From positions 146,224 to 210,223 of the forward strand of contig OY762445.1 of assembly GCA_963665755.1 (NCBI GenBank): a stretch of DNA of 64,000 nt, given 5' to 3'. Source of the DNA: a bacterium (lineage in GTDB: Bacteria > JAAXHH01). Of the stretch, positions 9,713-17,859 are shown one piece after another. Every line of letters begins with the position of its first letter. The stretch's first letter is position 1. Both the position numbers and the translations under genes were made by a program. A model generated the notes under the pieces. The model had not been told where the DNA came from. It worked only from the letters and a program-made list of their open reading frames with translations, and did not search any database.

Positions 9713-10450
9713 TTGCATACCAGCGATCGCATAACGCAATCGGATTTCGAGTATCTCCGGCTGCAGGATACCGGGCCGGTGGGCATATCATTTTCCGATG
9801 TGTATCCCGATTACCATCCACAGGATCGCGTGGGGTTTGTTTGCCCCCGGCTGGAAGACGGTGTGCTCGGGCTGTGCGCTGCCGTCCTGGGCCTGGCGAC
9901 CGGGTTCTACGATCGGCTCCGGTCGAAAGGGAACGAATTCTTCGACTATCCACTGCACCACGCCTTCATCGGAGGGCGGGAGGCGCGGGTACGCACGCGA
10001 AGCGGGGATCTGGACCTGTCCATCGGGGAGATGGGAAGCGCCTGGGGATGGCTGGACGTCTGGCCGGAGACCAACTGGCATCTCTGCCCTGCGACTCCGG
10101 AAAAAATGCTCGAGGCGTTGTTTCGTCACCAGGTCAACCGGGTATGCTGGCCGGCTTCGTTCATGCCGGGTTCCGTAGAGAATCCGCTTTCGCATTACGC
10201 GTATAAGCTGTTGAGCGGCAGGCTGAAATCAGTCTGGTATTACGACTGCGGGGACGGGAACCTGGAAGTCCGGGCATCGGGTTCCGCGGCTGACGTCATC
10301 CAGGAGAGCCTGGAACGTCTTCCCCATGGTGCAGCGGTTAGGAACCAAGCGTCGGAAATTCCATGCGGCCCATGGATTGGAAACCATTTCAAAACAGTGA
10401 AACCCCAGGCATTTCTTGAAGATATGGCGGTCTGCTTTACTGATGATTGA
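9713..10450 (+). CDS. hypothetical protein
   Basis: 245-aa ORF with genome-typical GC3 codon bias. No recognisable motif. Sits 100 bp upstream of the PhyH-HEAT gene on the same strand. Confidence 0.4.
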   Translation: MHTSDRITQSDFEYLRLQDTGPVGISFSDVYPDYHPQDRVGFVCPRLEDGVLGLCAAVLGLATGFYDRLRSKGNEFFDYPLHHAFIGGREARVRTRSGDLDLSIGEMGSAWGWLDVWPETNWHLCPATPEKMLEALFRHQVNRVCWPASFMPGSVENPLSHYAYKLLSGRLKSVWYYDCGDGNLEVRASGSAADVIQESLERLPHGAAVRNQASEIPCGPWIGNHFKTVKPQAFLEDMAVCFTDD

Positions 10451-10550
10451 ACCAGTGGCTGGACGAGAAATCGGATTTCGGACGAACCACAGAAGGCCTG
10501 TCATGATGACCGTCAGGACAGGCCGCTGTGCAAGAAAGGAGAAGTGATTC

Positions 10551-11951
10551 ATGGTGGACAGATCCTACCTGTTCGATGACGACGCCATGCGCGACTTTAT
10601 CGTAAACGGCTACCACGTGATCAACGTGGATCAGCCGGTTGCGCTCCACGACGGGATTTACGAGAAGACGAAGGCGATCATCGACGATGACGGGAATCCG
10701 GGAAACAACCTGTTGCCGCGTGTGCCCGAGATCCAACAGGTCTACGACGATCCTGCCGTTCAAGGCGCACTGACGAGTCTGCTCGGACCGGACTACGTCA
10801 TGCACGCTCACCGCCACCCGCACGTGAACCCGCCGAACAGCCGTGGAGGCAACTGGCACAAGGACAGTTACTGGGGTTACAGCAAGGTGCGGGATCACCA
10901 TCCGCGGTGGATCATGGCCATGTACTACCCCCAGGACACCCCGGTTGAAATCGGACCGACGGGGGTAATACCCGGCAGCCACTACTTCGAGTCCCGCGAA
11001 GAGACCGTCGGAGGGAACGGGTCGGTCCCAGATGGATTCCCCGCGAGCGGCAAGGCGGGAACCATTACCATCATACACTTCGACCTCTGGCACCGGGCGT
11101 TTCCGAACGCAACGGACAAGGTCCGCTATATGATGAAATTCCAGTTTACGAGAATGTCAGAGCCGAACCACCCCTGCTGGAACAATCAACGAGACGAAAT
11201 CGACCTGGGCGACCTGTCGGACGATCCCCGGAGCGCCATGTGGCGGAACATGTGGCACTGGCTTGCCGGAAACGGGTCTGCGGGAACCAGGCGGGAAGGC
11301 GAGGAACACGTCGAAGCGCACGCCCAGGACCTGACGCATGAACTCGAACAGAAGCGTTTGCACGCGGCCTATAGCCTGGCGGAGTGCGGAGAATCCGCGC
11401 TACCGCATCTCCTCGAAGCACTGCAACACGAAAGGGATGAGGTCCGGCGTGAAGCGTGCTACGGACTAAGCGCGCTGGGTACCGCCGCCGTCGAACCGCT
11501 GGTATCCCTGCTCGGACACGAAAACGAACGCGTCAGGGGTTACGCGGTTTACGCCCTTGGAGACATCCGGCACCACAACCCTTCGGTTACGGGGCACCTC
11601 GCGGGTCATACAGACGACCCATCGCCTTTTGTCCGGCAGAACGTGGCCGATGCACTGGGCCAGATCAGGCTGGCTGCGGATTCGTCCGTTCCCGCGCTGA
11701 TCGGTATGATGAAGGACGTGGATGAGCAGGTTCGGTCCAGAACCGCCTACGCGCTGGCCCGATTCGGAGTCGAGGCTCAGACGGCCATTCAAGACCTTGC
11801 GGATGCGTGCTACGATGAAAACCGGTATGTACAGGGGCATGCCGCCGTTGCACTCGAACAAATCGGCACGCCGGAAGCCCTGCGCGCGCTGCTGCACTGG
11901 CTGCAGGCCTCGCGGTGGTGTCCCCTGACGACTGCGAAGAGCACGTTTTAG
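10551..11951 (+). CDS. phytanoyl-CoA dioxygenase (PhyH) family domain fused to C-terminal PBS-lyase-type HEAT repeats
   Basis: AAAGGAGAAG SD. N-terminal about 220 aa with H-x-D (NWHKDSY) and a distal His (FDLWHRAF) in PhyH-like context. C-terminal about 200 aa with at least five repeats of the x-VR-x-x-A-x-x-ALG-x-IG type (EVRREACYGLSALG, ERVRGYAVYALGDI, PFVRQNVADALGQI, EQVRSRTAYALARFG, RYVQGHAAVALEQIG). Confidence 0.75.
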   Translation: MVDRSYLFDDDAMRDFIVNGYHVINVDQPVALHDGIYEKTKAIIDDDGNPGNNLLPRVPEIQQVYDDPAVQGALTSLLGPDYVMHAHRHPHVNPPNSRGGNWHKDSYWGYSKVRDHHPRWIMAMYYPQDTPVEIGPTGVIPGSHYFESREETVGGNGSVPDGFPASGKAGTITIIHFDLWHRAFPNATDKVRYMMKFQFTRMSEPNHPCWNNQRDEIDLGDLSDDPRSAMWRNMWHWLAGNGSAGTRREGEEHVEAHAQDLTHELEQKRLHAAYSLAECGESALPHLLEALQHERDEVRREACYGLSALGTAAVEPLVSLLGHENERVRGYAVYALGDIRHHNPSVTGHLAGHTDDPSPFVRQNVADALGQIRLAADSSVPALIGMMKDVDEQVRSRTAYALARFGVEAQTAIQDLADACYDENRYVQGHAAVALEQIGTPEALRALLHWLQASRWCPLTTAKSTF

Positions 11952-12036
11952 CGGTCGGTAACCCCGATTAAATCCGTGGTCTTGCGCGGTCCATGCGGTC
12001 CATGCGGTCCGCCAGGTACGAGTTCACTCCCGCCTG

Positions 12037-14007
12037 CTACCAGTCGTGTATCATGTGGCCCTGTCCCGGATAGAACAAGGCATCCACAAAGAACGACAGA
12101 ACGATACCCAGCGTGTAACCGAGCAGGACGCCAAGGAAGAACCGCTGACCCGTGCGGTAGGTGCTGGTCCCGACCTTCAGCAGAATGAACTTGGCGAGCC
12201 ATGCGAGGAAGACGGACAGGATCGAGTCCCGGATATTGCTGGCGAAACAAATGGCGAAGCCCACCGGGGCGAGGGGCCACCAGACCAGCCAGTGCCGGAG
12301 TTTCAGCAGCAACAGGAAGGTCGCCGCGCCAGCCGCCATGAACCAGGGCTCGTTCTGACCCAGGGACAGCGGGTTCTTCATCCAGGTTACGATCTCGTCG
12401 TAGTAGTTCTTGTTGAGCCCGTCGAACGCCCCGCCTCCGAAGTTATAGGCTCCAATCGCATAGCCCGACTGTATCGAGTAAGCCAACGCCGTGACCATGC
12501 TTACGAGAAAGGTGGCGGCGAGTACGAGCAGCAACCCTTTCTTCCTCGGCCAGAATCCGTCCGCCAGGCGATCTGCCAGCACGACCGAACCCATACCCAG
12601 CCCGCGCCAGTTCCGCGCATACGCGCTGGCCAGGCCCAATGCCGTAAGGCTCGGCGCGGATACGTTCCCTGAACCCAGGGACAGCACCGTGATCTGGTGT
12701 GCGTTCACGGGCAAATCGAGGAACACCACCCCTGTTTCGGCGATCACCTTTGTCGTGCCGAAGTATAGAATGAACAGAAAGGCCAGGAACACCGCCATCA
12801 CCGAAAACGCCAGGCCGGACTGGTACAGCCATGCGCAGATAAATACGGATCCGAGCAGGAACCCGATCACGGCGGTCCTGTAGGATACGAGTTCCTTTGT
12901 ATCGTCCAGTCCGGAATCCCGCCCCATCGCTTTCTTGACTACGCCCGCCAGGTGCCGCCTGGCGGCCCAGAGACTGTAACCCACGTACACCAGGAATCCG
13001 CCGAAAAACTGTGCGTTGACGCCGCCGCTGCCGCCGGGACCGCTGCTGGCCGTGTTGAGTCCTATGTAATTCAGTGCGCCGATTTCGAGCAGCCCCAGCA
13101 TGAAGAAGACCCAGATGCTCAGCAGGATATCTACGTTGATAAAGTAGCCGAAGCCGAGCATGTAGGGGCTGATACGCAGGGGAATGGAGGGGAACATCGG
13201 ACTCAGTTGGAGCGGAGTCTCGAAGAAGGTGCCGACGGGGAGCTGCGGTACGATATGGGCGAAGGACACGATATTCCAGAGTGCGATGGCCAGCGCGAGG
13301 ACGAACCCGATCTGGAACAGGCGGTCATAGACCAGTTTCGGCCAGCGACCGGGCGACTGGTCCCCGGTTATGAGTTCGAGGGGTACCTGGACGAGGGGAA
13401 AAGTTAGCCGCTCGTACTCCACCCACTGTTTTCTGAATATGGTGGCCACGCAGGCGCCGACGACGAATATCGCGACGAAAAAGCTCATCCACCAGGCGAC
13501 GGGGATGATCCACGGGGACCAGGGTATGGCGCCTCCCGGAGGCAGCCCTTCGTAAAACCATCCCATGGCGTTGTTCTGGTTGCTCGCCACGAGCCATTCC
13601 GGCAGAAAGGGGTGGAAGAGCTCCACCCACTGGTTTTCCGGCTGGGCGAAGTAAAAGGGCGTCGATATGATGGTCAGGAAGTACGACACGAAGGCCTTGC
13701 CGGGTATGAGGCTCGAAATCAGCAGGATGCAGAAGATCAGCGCGAGTTCTCTGCCGGTGAAGGCGGCCCGTTGGTACATACCGCGTACAAGAGGGTTGTA
13801 CACGAAGGTGACGAGCAGAAAGAGAGCCAGGGCGGAAATGGGCAGGTGGGCCACCGACATGCGGGACGTGTGCAGGATATAGGTCCCGTACGTCACCCAG
13901 ATGTTGAGGATGATGGCCAGGACCAGTCCCGTGGCGAGGGACCTCGACGTGATCACGGAGGTTGGCGGGGTTTCCCTTGTCGGTATATGCTTGGTTGTGT
14001 CAGTCAA
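12037..14007 (-). CDS. large polytopic membrane protein of unknown function (paralog of 47334-49337)
   Basis: 656 aa with at least 14 predicted TM segments. Shares an ERLTFPL motif and overall architecture with the 674-aa protein at 47334-49337. Immediately downstream (63-bp gap) of the sulfatase gene. Confidence 0.7.
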   Translation of the reverse strand: MTDTTKHIPTRETPPTSVITSRSLATGLVLAIILNIWVTYGTYILHTSRMSVAHLPISALALFLLVTFVYNPLVRGMYQRAAFTGRELALIFCILLISSLIPGKAFVSYFLTIISTPFYFAQPENQWVELFHPFLPEWLVASNQNNAMGWFYEGLPPGGAIPWSPWIIPVAWWMSFFVAIFVVGACVATIFRKQWVEYERLTFPLVQVPLELITGDQSPGRWPKLVYDRLFQIGFVLALAIALWNIVSFAHIVPQLPVGTFFETPLQLSPMFPSIPLRISPYMLGFGYFINVDILLSIWVFFMLGLLEIGALNYIGLNTASSGPGGSGGVNAQFFGGFLVYVGYSLWAARRHLAGVVKKAMGRDSGLDDTKELVSYRTAVIGFLLGSVFICAWLYQSGLAFSVMAVFLAFLFILYFGTTKVIAETGVVFLDLPVNAHQITVLSLGSGNVSAPSLTALGLASAYARNWRGLGMGSVVLADRLADGFWPRKKGLLLVLAATFLVSMVTALAYSIQSGYAIGAYNFGGGAFDGLNKNYYDEIVTWMKNPLSLGQNEPWFMAAGAATFLLLLKLRHWLVWWPLAPVGFAICFASNIRDSILSVFLAWLAKFILLKVGTSTYRTGQRFFLGVLLGYTLGIVLSFFVDALFYPGQGHMIHDW

Positions 14008-14069
14008 TCAGGTCTCGCATCAGTTTATGGATATTGGATCAGCGGGCCGTCGCGGCGATTTTCAATGCA

Positions 14070-15419
14070 TCAGGCAGACTGTCGTTCCCGCCATTCGACC
14101 TCCATGGGATCGGGGATGGCGTAGGGTTTGACGCGTTGTTCGTGCAGCCACTCCGACAGGTAGTGATCCATGCGTTGCTGAATCTCCGGCCGTTCCCGGG
14201 CCAAGTTGTACGTCTGATTCGGGTCGTTACGCATATCATACAAGGCCACCGGATCGAACCGGTAACCGAAGTCATCGTACGTCCTGACCATGAGATGGCC
14301 GGGTGTCCGCACCGCCCGTTGCAGCGTGTACAGGCCGTGACCCCAGACCAGGTAGTCGTGCAGCTGGCAGCGTCCGGTCGCAAGTCCTTCCGCGAAAGAC
14401 CGGCCGTCATAGTATTCCGGTACTTCCCCGCCAATCAGGTCGATCAGCGTGGCGCTGAAATCCACATTGTACAGCAGGTCGTCACTAGAGGATCCTGGCG
14501 GCGTAGTCCCCGGCCACTTGATGATCAGCGGGACCCGGTGTATGCATTCGTCGGCGCAGACGTGATCCCCGTAGATGCCGTGCTCTCCCATGGCCTCGCC
14601 GTGATCCGCCGAGATAATGACCGCCGTGTCGTCCAGGCCGCCCAGGGCGTCCAGTATCTGCTCCACGTGGTGGTCGGTGTAGCGGATCTCCGTGTCGTAC
14701 CCGGTCACCATGTGATTCAGATCGCGGGTATCCCGGATGGCGTCCGGCATGTTCGGCGTGGGACTGGGCCGGTCGTGGGGAAAGAGGTGGGACGCGGTGA
14801 ACCAGCCGTCGATGTCCTGGTGGCCGCGGATCGTCTCGTTGTCCGGCCAACTCACAGCCGGCGGATGGGCCGCCATGCGGTCGAACCGGTCGCGGGGCGC
14901 TTCGTAGACCCGGTGCGGGTCCCAGTAGTTGATGTACAGGAAGTAATCGTCCCGGCCGCCGTTCGCGGCGATCCATTTCAGTACGGCTTCGTTGACCTCG
15001 TTCGCCGTCTCGTCCCCCGTCTTCAGGTTGGGCGAATGGAACTCCGACCAGCCCAGCCCGAACCAGGTCGCGCAGTGCCGGGTGGGGAAGTTGGAGAAGC
15101 AGACCGTGTCGTAGCCGTGTTGGCGCAACTTTCTCTGAACCAACTGGTTCCGTTCGTCGGGTCCGCCGTAGCGCTGCTCCAGGATGTGCAGCTTGGAAGC
15201 GGGACCGCCGTGGGTCACCACGCCGTTGTTGATCCCGAAACGGCCGGTTATCCAGCCGTGCCGCGAAGGCATGCAGGGCGAATCCGCGCAGTAGTACCGG
15301 TCGAACCGCATCCCCTGCGCGGCGATTTCATCGATGGCGGGCGAGGTGGGCCGGCCGTAGCCGTAGCAACCCAGGTGGTCGGGCCTCAGACTGTCGATGT
15401 CGAAATAGACGATGCGCAA
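14070..15419 (-). CDS. Cys-type sulfatase (alkaline-phosphatase superfamily), no signal peptide
   Basis: DSLRPDHLGCYGY metal-binding N-terminus. C-x-P-x-R FGly motif (CMPSRHG). No N-terminal signal sequence. Confidence 0.8.
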   Translation of the reverse strand: MRIVYFDIDSLRPDHLGCYGYGRPTSPAIDEIAAQGMRFDRYYCADSPCMPSRHGWITGRFGINNGVVTHGGPASKLHILEQRYGGPDERNQLVQRKLRQHGYDTVCFSNFPTRHCATWFGLGWSEFHSPNLKTGDETANEVNEAVLKWIAANGGRDDYFLYINYWDPHRVYEAPRDRFDRMAAHPPAVSWPDNETIRGHQDIDGWFTASHLFPHDRPSPTPNMPDAIRDTRDLNHMVTGYDTEIRYTDHHVEQILDALGGLDDTAVIISADHGEAMGEHGIYGDHVCADECIHRVPLIIKWPGTTPPGSSSDDLLYNVDFSATLIDLIGGEVPEYYDGRSFAEGLATGRCQLHDYLVWGHGLYTLQRAVRTPGHLMVRTYDDFGYRFDPVALYDMRNDPNQTYNLARERPEIQQRMDHYLSEWLHEQRVKPYAIPDPMEVEWRERQSA

Positions 15420-15457
15420 GGAGGATTACCGGAATCCTGTGTATATAAGGGAGACCG

Positions 15458-16729
15458 CTACGCCGCAACGGCCTTGTCGATGATTACCTTCATCTTGTCG
15501 CCGTGTTTGTGTCGGCTGGCGGCTTCGATTAGGGCTTCGATGGGTAGAAACCCGTTGTCCTGCAGCCAGTGGGCTATGGCGGCCAAAGCGGCGCCTTTCG
15601 GTCCGCCCGTCTTTCTGAAATCCCCGGTCACCACGTTGGACGGACCGGGCGGACCGAGCGGACCGGGACACCCTCCAAGCTCGGTACCAAGCTTCTTGTC
15701 CGCGATCACCAGGGTATGGCCGCCGATGCGGGACCGCACCTTGTCCAGCCCATCCTGCGATATGACGATCATGATGTCGGGACAGTCGATCCCGGTGTAA
15801 TGGATGGGGTTCCTGGAGAGGATGACTTCCGCGACGGAAAACCCCGTGCCGATCGTGATGGGGTAGTCGCCCTTCTTGGTGGCGGACAGGCCGGCCGTAA
15901 TGCCCGCGGTGGACAGCAGGTCACCCGCGGACTGGATGGCCTCACCGGCCGAACCTGCGACGATGATCTCCAGGCGGCCGTCCAGCGGCGCATCGCATGT
16001 GCGTTCGATTGGTTTAAGGGCGTCAAAGAGGGACTGGCCCATCAACCGGTGCGGCCGGGATACAGGCCGCTGGTTCCTTGTTACCACGCTCTCGTAGTCC
16101 GCCGTATCATGGAGTTCCTGTACTTTCCTCATTCCGTATGCGGGACACATCTCCACGATTTCGATGAGGGAGAATCCAGGTGTGGACAGGGCCTCCTTCC
16201 AGAGCTCGGAAGTGTCCTTGCCGATGAAAGTCCGCGCGGTGTACGCCGCGCCGGCGTTGTGCGCCAGGGCGCAGATGTCGTATCCTGGCACGGCCGATTC
16301 CGGTCGTTCCGGTTCCTTGAACTCGGTGGAGGACAGTCCGCTGGTCTGGCCGCCCGTCATCCCGTAAACCATGTTGTTCTGAACCACGAGGGTGAGATCC
16401 AGGTTGTGCCGTGCGGCTTCGAGCAGGTGCTGCAGGCCGATCGTGGCGCCGCCGTCGCCCTGCAGGGCGATGATCTTCTTCTCCGGATGCTCCAGGCCCA
16501 TGCGGATGCCCATGGCCAGGGCGACCGCCCGGCCGTGGAGCCCGTGAATGGTGTGGCAGGTCAGGAGCGGATCCACGAGCCCCGTGCAGCCGATGTCGCT
16601 TACCACGATGACGTCGAGGGGGTCCACGTCCATGTCCGCGAGCGCCTTGCTCATGGATTTGTTGGCGACGGTATGACCACAGCCCGGGCAGTAGGGCATT
16701 TTCAGGTCATTCAGGATGGTTTCCTGCAT
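15458..16729 (-). CDS. 2-oxoacid:ferredoxin oxidoreductase beta subunit (TPP-binding) fused to gamma domain
   Basis: N-terminal YCPGCGH with a GDGG TPP motif. C-terminal about 190 aa POR-gamma-like domain. 19-bp overlap with the alpha gene. Confidence 0.8.
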   Translation of the reverse strand: MQETILNDLKMPYCPGCGHTVANKSMSKALADMDVDPLDVIVVSDIGCTGLVDPLLTCHTIHGLHGRAVALAMGIRMGLEHPEKKIIALQGDGGATIGLQHLLEAARHNLDLTLVVQNNMVYGMTGGQTSGLSSTEFKEPERPESAVPGYDICALAHNAGAAYTARTFIGKDTSELWKEALSTPGFSLIEIVEMCPAYGMRKVQELHDTADYESVVTRNQRPVSRPHRLMGQSLFDALKPIERTCDAPLDGRLEIIVAGSAGEAIQSAGDLLSTAGITAGLSATKKGDYPITIGTGFSVAEVILSRNPIHYTGIDCPDIMIVISQDGLDKVRSRIGGHTLVIADKKLGTELGGCPGPLGPPGPSNVVTGDFRKTGGPKGAALAAIAHWLQDNGFLPIEALIEAASRHKHGDKMKVIIDKAVAA

Positions 16730-17844
16730 TGCCTTACTCCTTCCGCGATCTCCTGCGGGGTGATCATATTGCCGATTTTGTTGACACCGAAGACCCGGCC
16801 GTCCTGACGGTTGCCATAGAGCAGTTCCCGAAGCAGGCCGGCGATATTCTCCTCCACGACGACTATGTGCTCGTATGCGTCAAGCAGTTCGTAGATACGG
16901 GGCGGTACCGGCAGCAGCGTTTTCATGACCAGGAGCGAGACGGAGTCGCCGCCCGAGCGGAGTGAACCGACCGCTTCCCTGGCGGCTTCCGCCGAGATGC
17001 CGTAGGTCAGGATGACCGTATCGGCGTCTTCGACCCGATCGTGGTCGAAATAGGTGTAGTCATCGATACGCTGTTCGATCTTGTTCTTGAGCCGTTCGGT
17101 ATTGCCGAGGGCTTCGGGGCTGTTCTTCTGCGTAATACCTTCCATGTCATGGGTAGATGAATTCAGCCGGACCTGGTGCAGGTCGTTGCCCAGAGGCAGG
17201 AATGGCGGCGCCAGGTTCCCGTTGACCCCGTAGGTCTTGTATTCCCCGTTTCCTTCGAACACGTGGCGTTCCGCCCGCTGCACTTCCCGCAGGCCGGAAA
17301 TGTCCATGTTCTGGTTGGTCATGACCATTTCTTTCGAGGTCAATAACACCACCGGGGTGCGGAGGTTTACCGACGTATGCACGCTGGCGGCCGCCATGTC
17401 CCAGCAATCGTTCAGATTCGAGGGACAGAACACCGGAATCGAATACCCTCCGGAGATGCATCCCCTGAGGAGGAGCAGATCCCCCTGGCCGCCCGTCGTG
17501 GCCGAACCGGTACTCGGCCCGAGGCGCTGGGCGAGGATAATGACCATGGGCAGTTCCATCATGAAGGACATGTTGATGGATTCGATCATCAGGGCGAAGC
17601 CTGGAAAGGCGGAGGCGGTGACGGGAAACACGCCCGAAGACGAAAAACCGGCGGACCACTGCAGCGCGGTGATCTCGTCCGGCGCCTCCAGGGCGATGGG
17701 AATGCGCTGCTTGGCGCCCGCGAAGAGCCAGTTGACGGGCGTGATGGGGTATCCGATGTAGGCGCCCACCCCGGCCCGTGCCATCGCCTCGATGATCAGT
17801 CTGGATCCGTCCAGGAAGACCATGCGTTCACCGGCAGCAGTCAT
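16711..17844 (-). CDS. 2-oxoacid:ferredoxin oxidoreductase alpha subunit
   Basis: KorA/PorA-like N-terminal domain (GYPITPVN) and core domains; 377 aa. Confidence 0.8.
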   Translation of the reverse strand: MTAAGERMVFLDGSRLIIEAMARAGVGAYIGYPITPVNWLFAGAKQRIPIALEAPDEITALQWSAGFSSSGVFPVTASAFPGFALMIESINMSFMMELPMVIILAQRLGPSTGSATTGGQGDLLLLRGCISGGYSIPVFCPSNLNDCWDMAAASVHTSVNLRTPVVLLTSKEMVMTNQNMDISGLREVQRAERHVFEGNGEYKTYGVNGNLAPPFLPLGNDLHQVRLNSSTHDMEGITQKNSPEALGNTERLKNKIEQRIDDYTYFDHDRVEDADTVILTYGISAEAAREAVGSLRSGGDSVSLLVMKTLLPVPPRIYELLDAYEHIVVVEENIAGLLRELLYGNRQDGRVFGVNKIGNMITPQEIAEGVRQCRKPS

Positions 17845-17859
17845 CGTCGTGTTCTCCAG

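Noticed and set aside
7900-9786. 628-aa ORF on the minus strand
   Set aside because: It is antisense to the AI-2E transporter and dCMP deaminase genes. The translation is Arg/His/Gln/Gly-rich low-complexity, typical of a spurious open frame in high-GC DNA, with no SD and no motif.
10551-11951. Deoxyhypusine-hydroxylase-like di-iron site in the HEAT repeats
   Set aside because: Only two H-E dipeptides are present, and they align with the canonical acidic position of PBS-lyase HEAT repeats rather than the DOHH metal-binding position. Kept only as a remark.
13962-15800. 612-aa plus-strand ORF
   Set aside because: Antisense to the sulfatase gene and KorB; Arg/Val/Ala-rich junk translation. The sense-strand genes have clear catalytic motifs.
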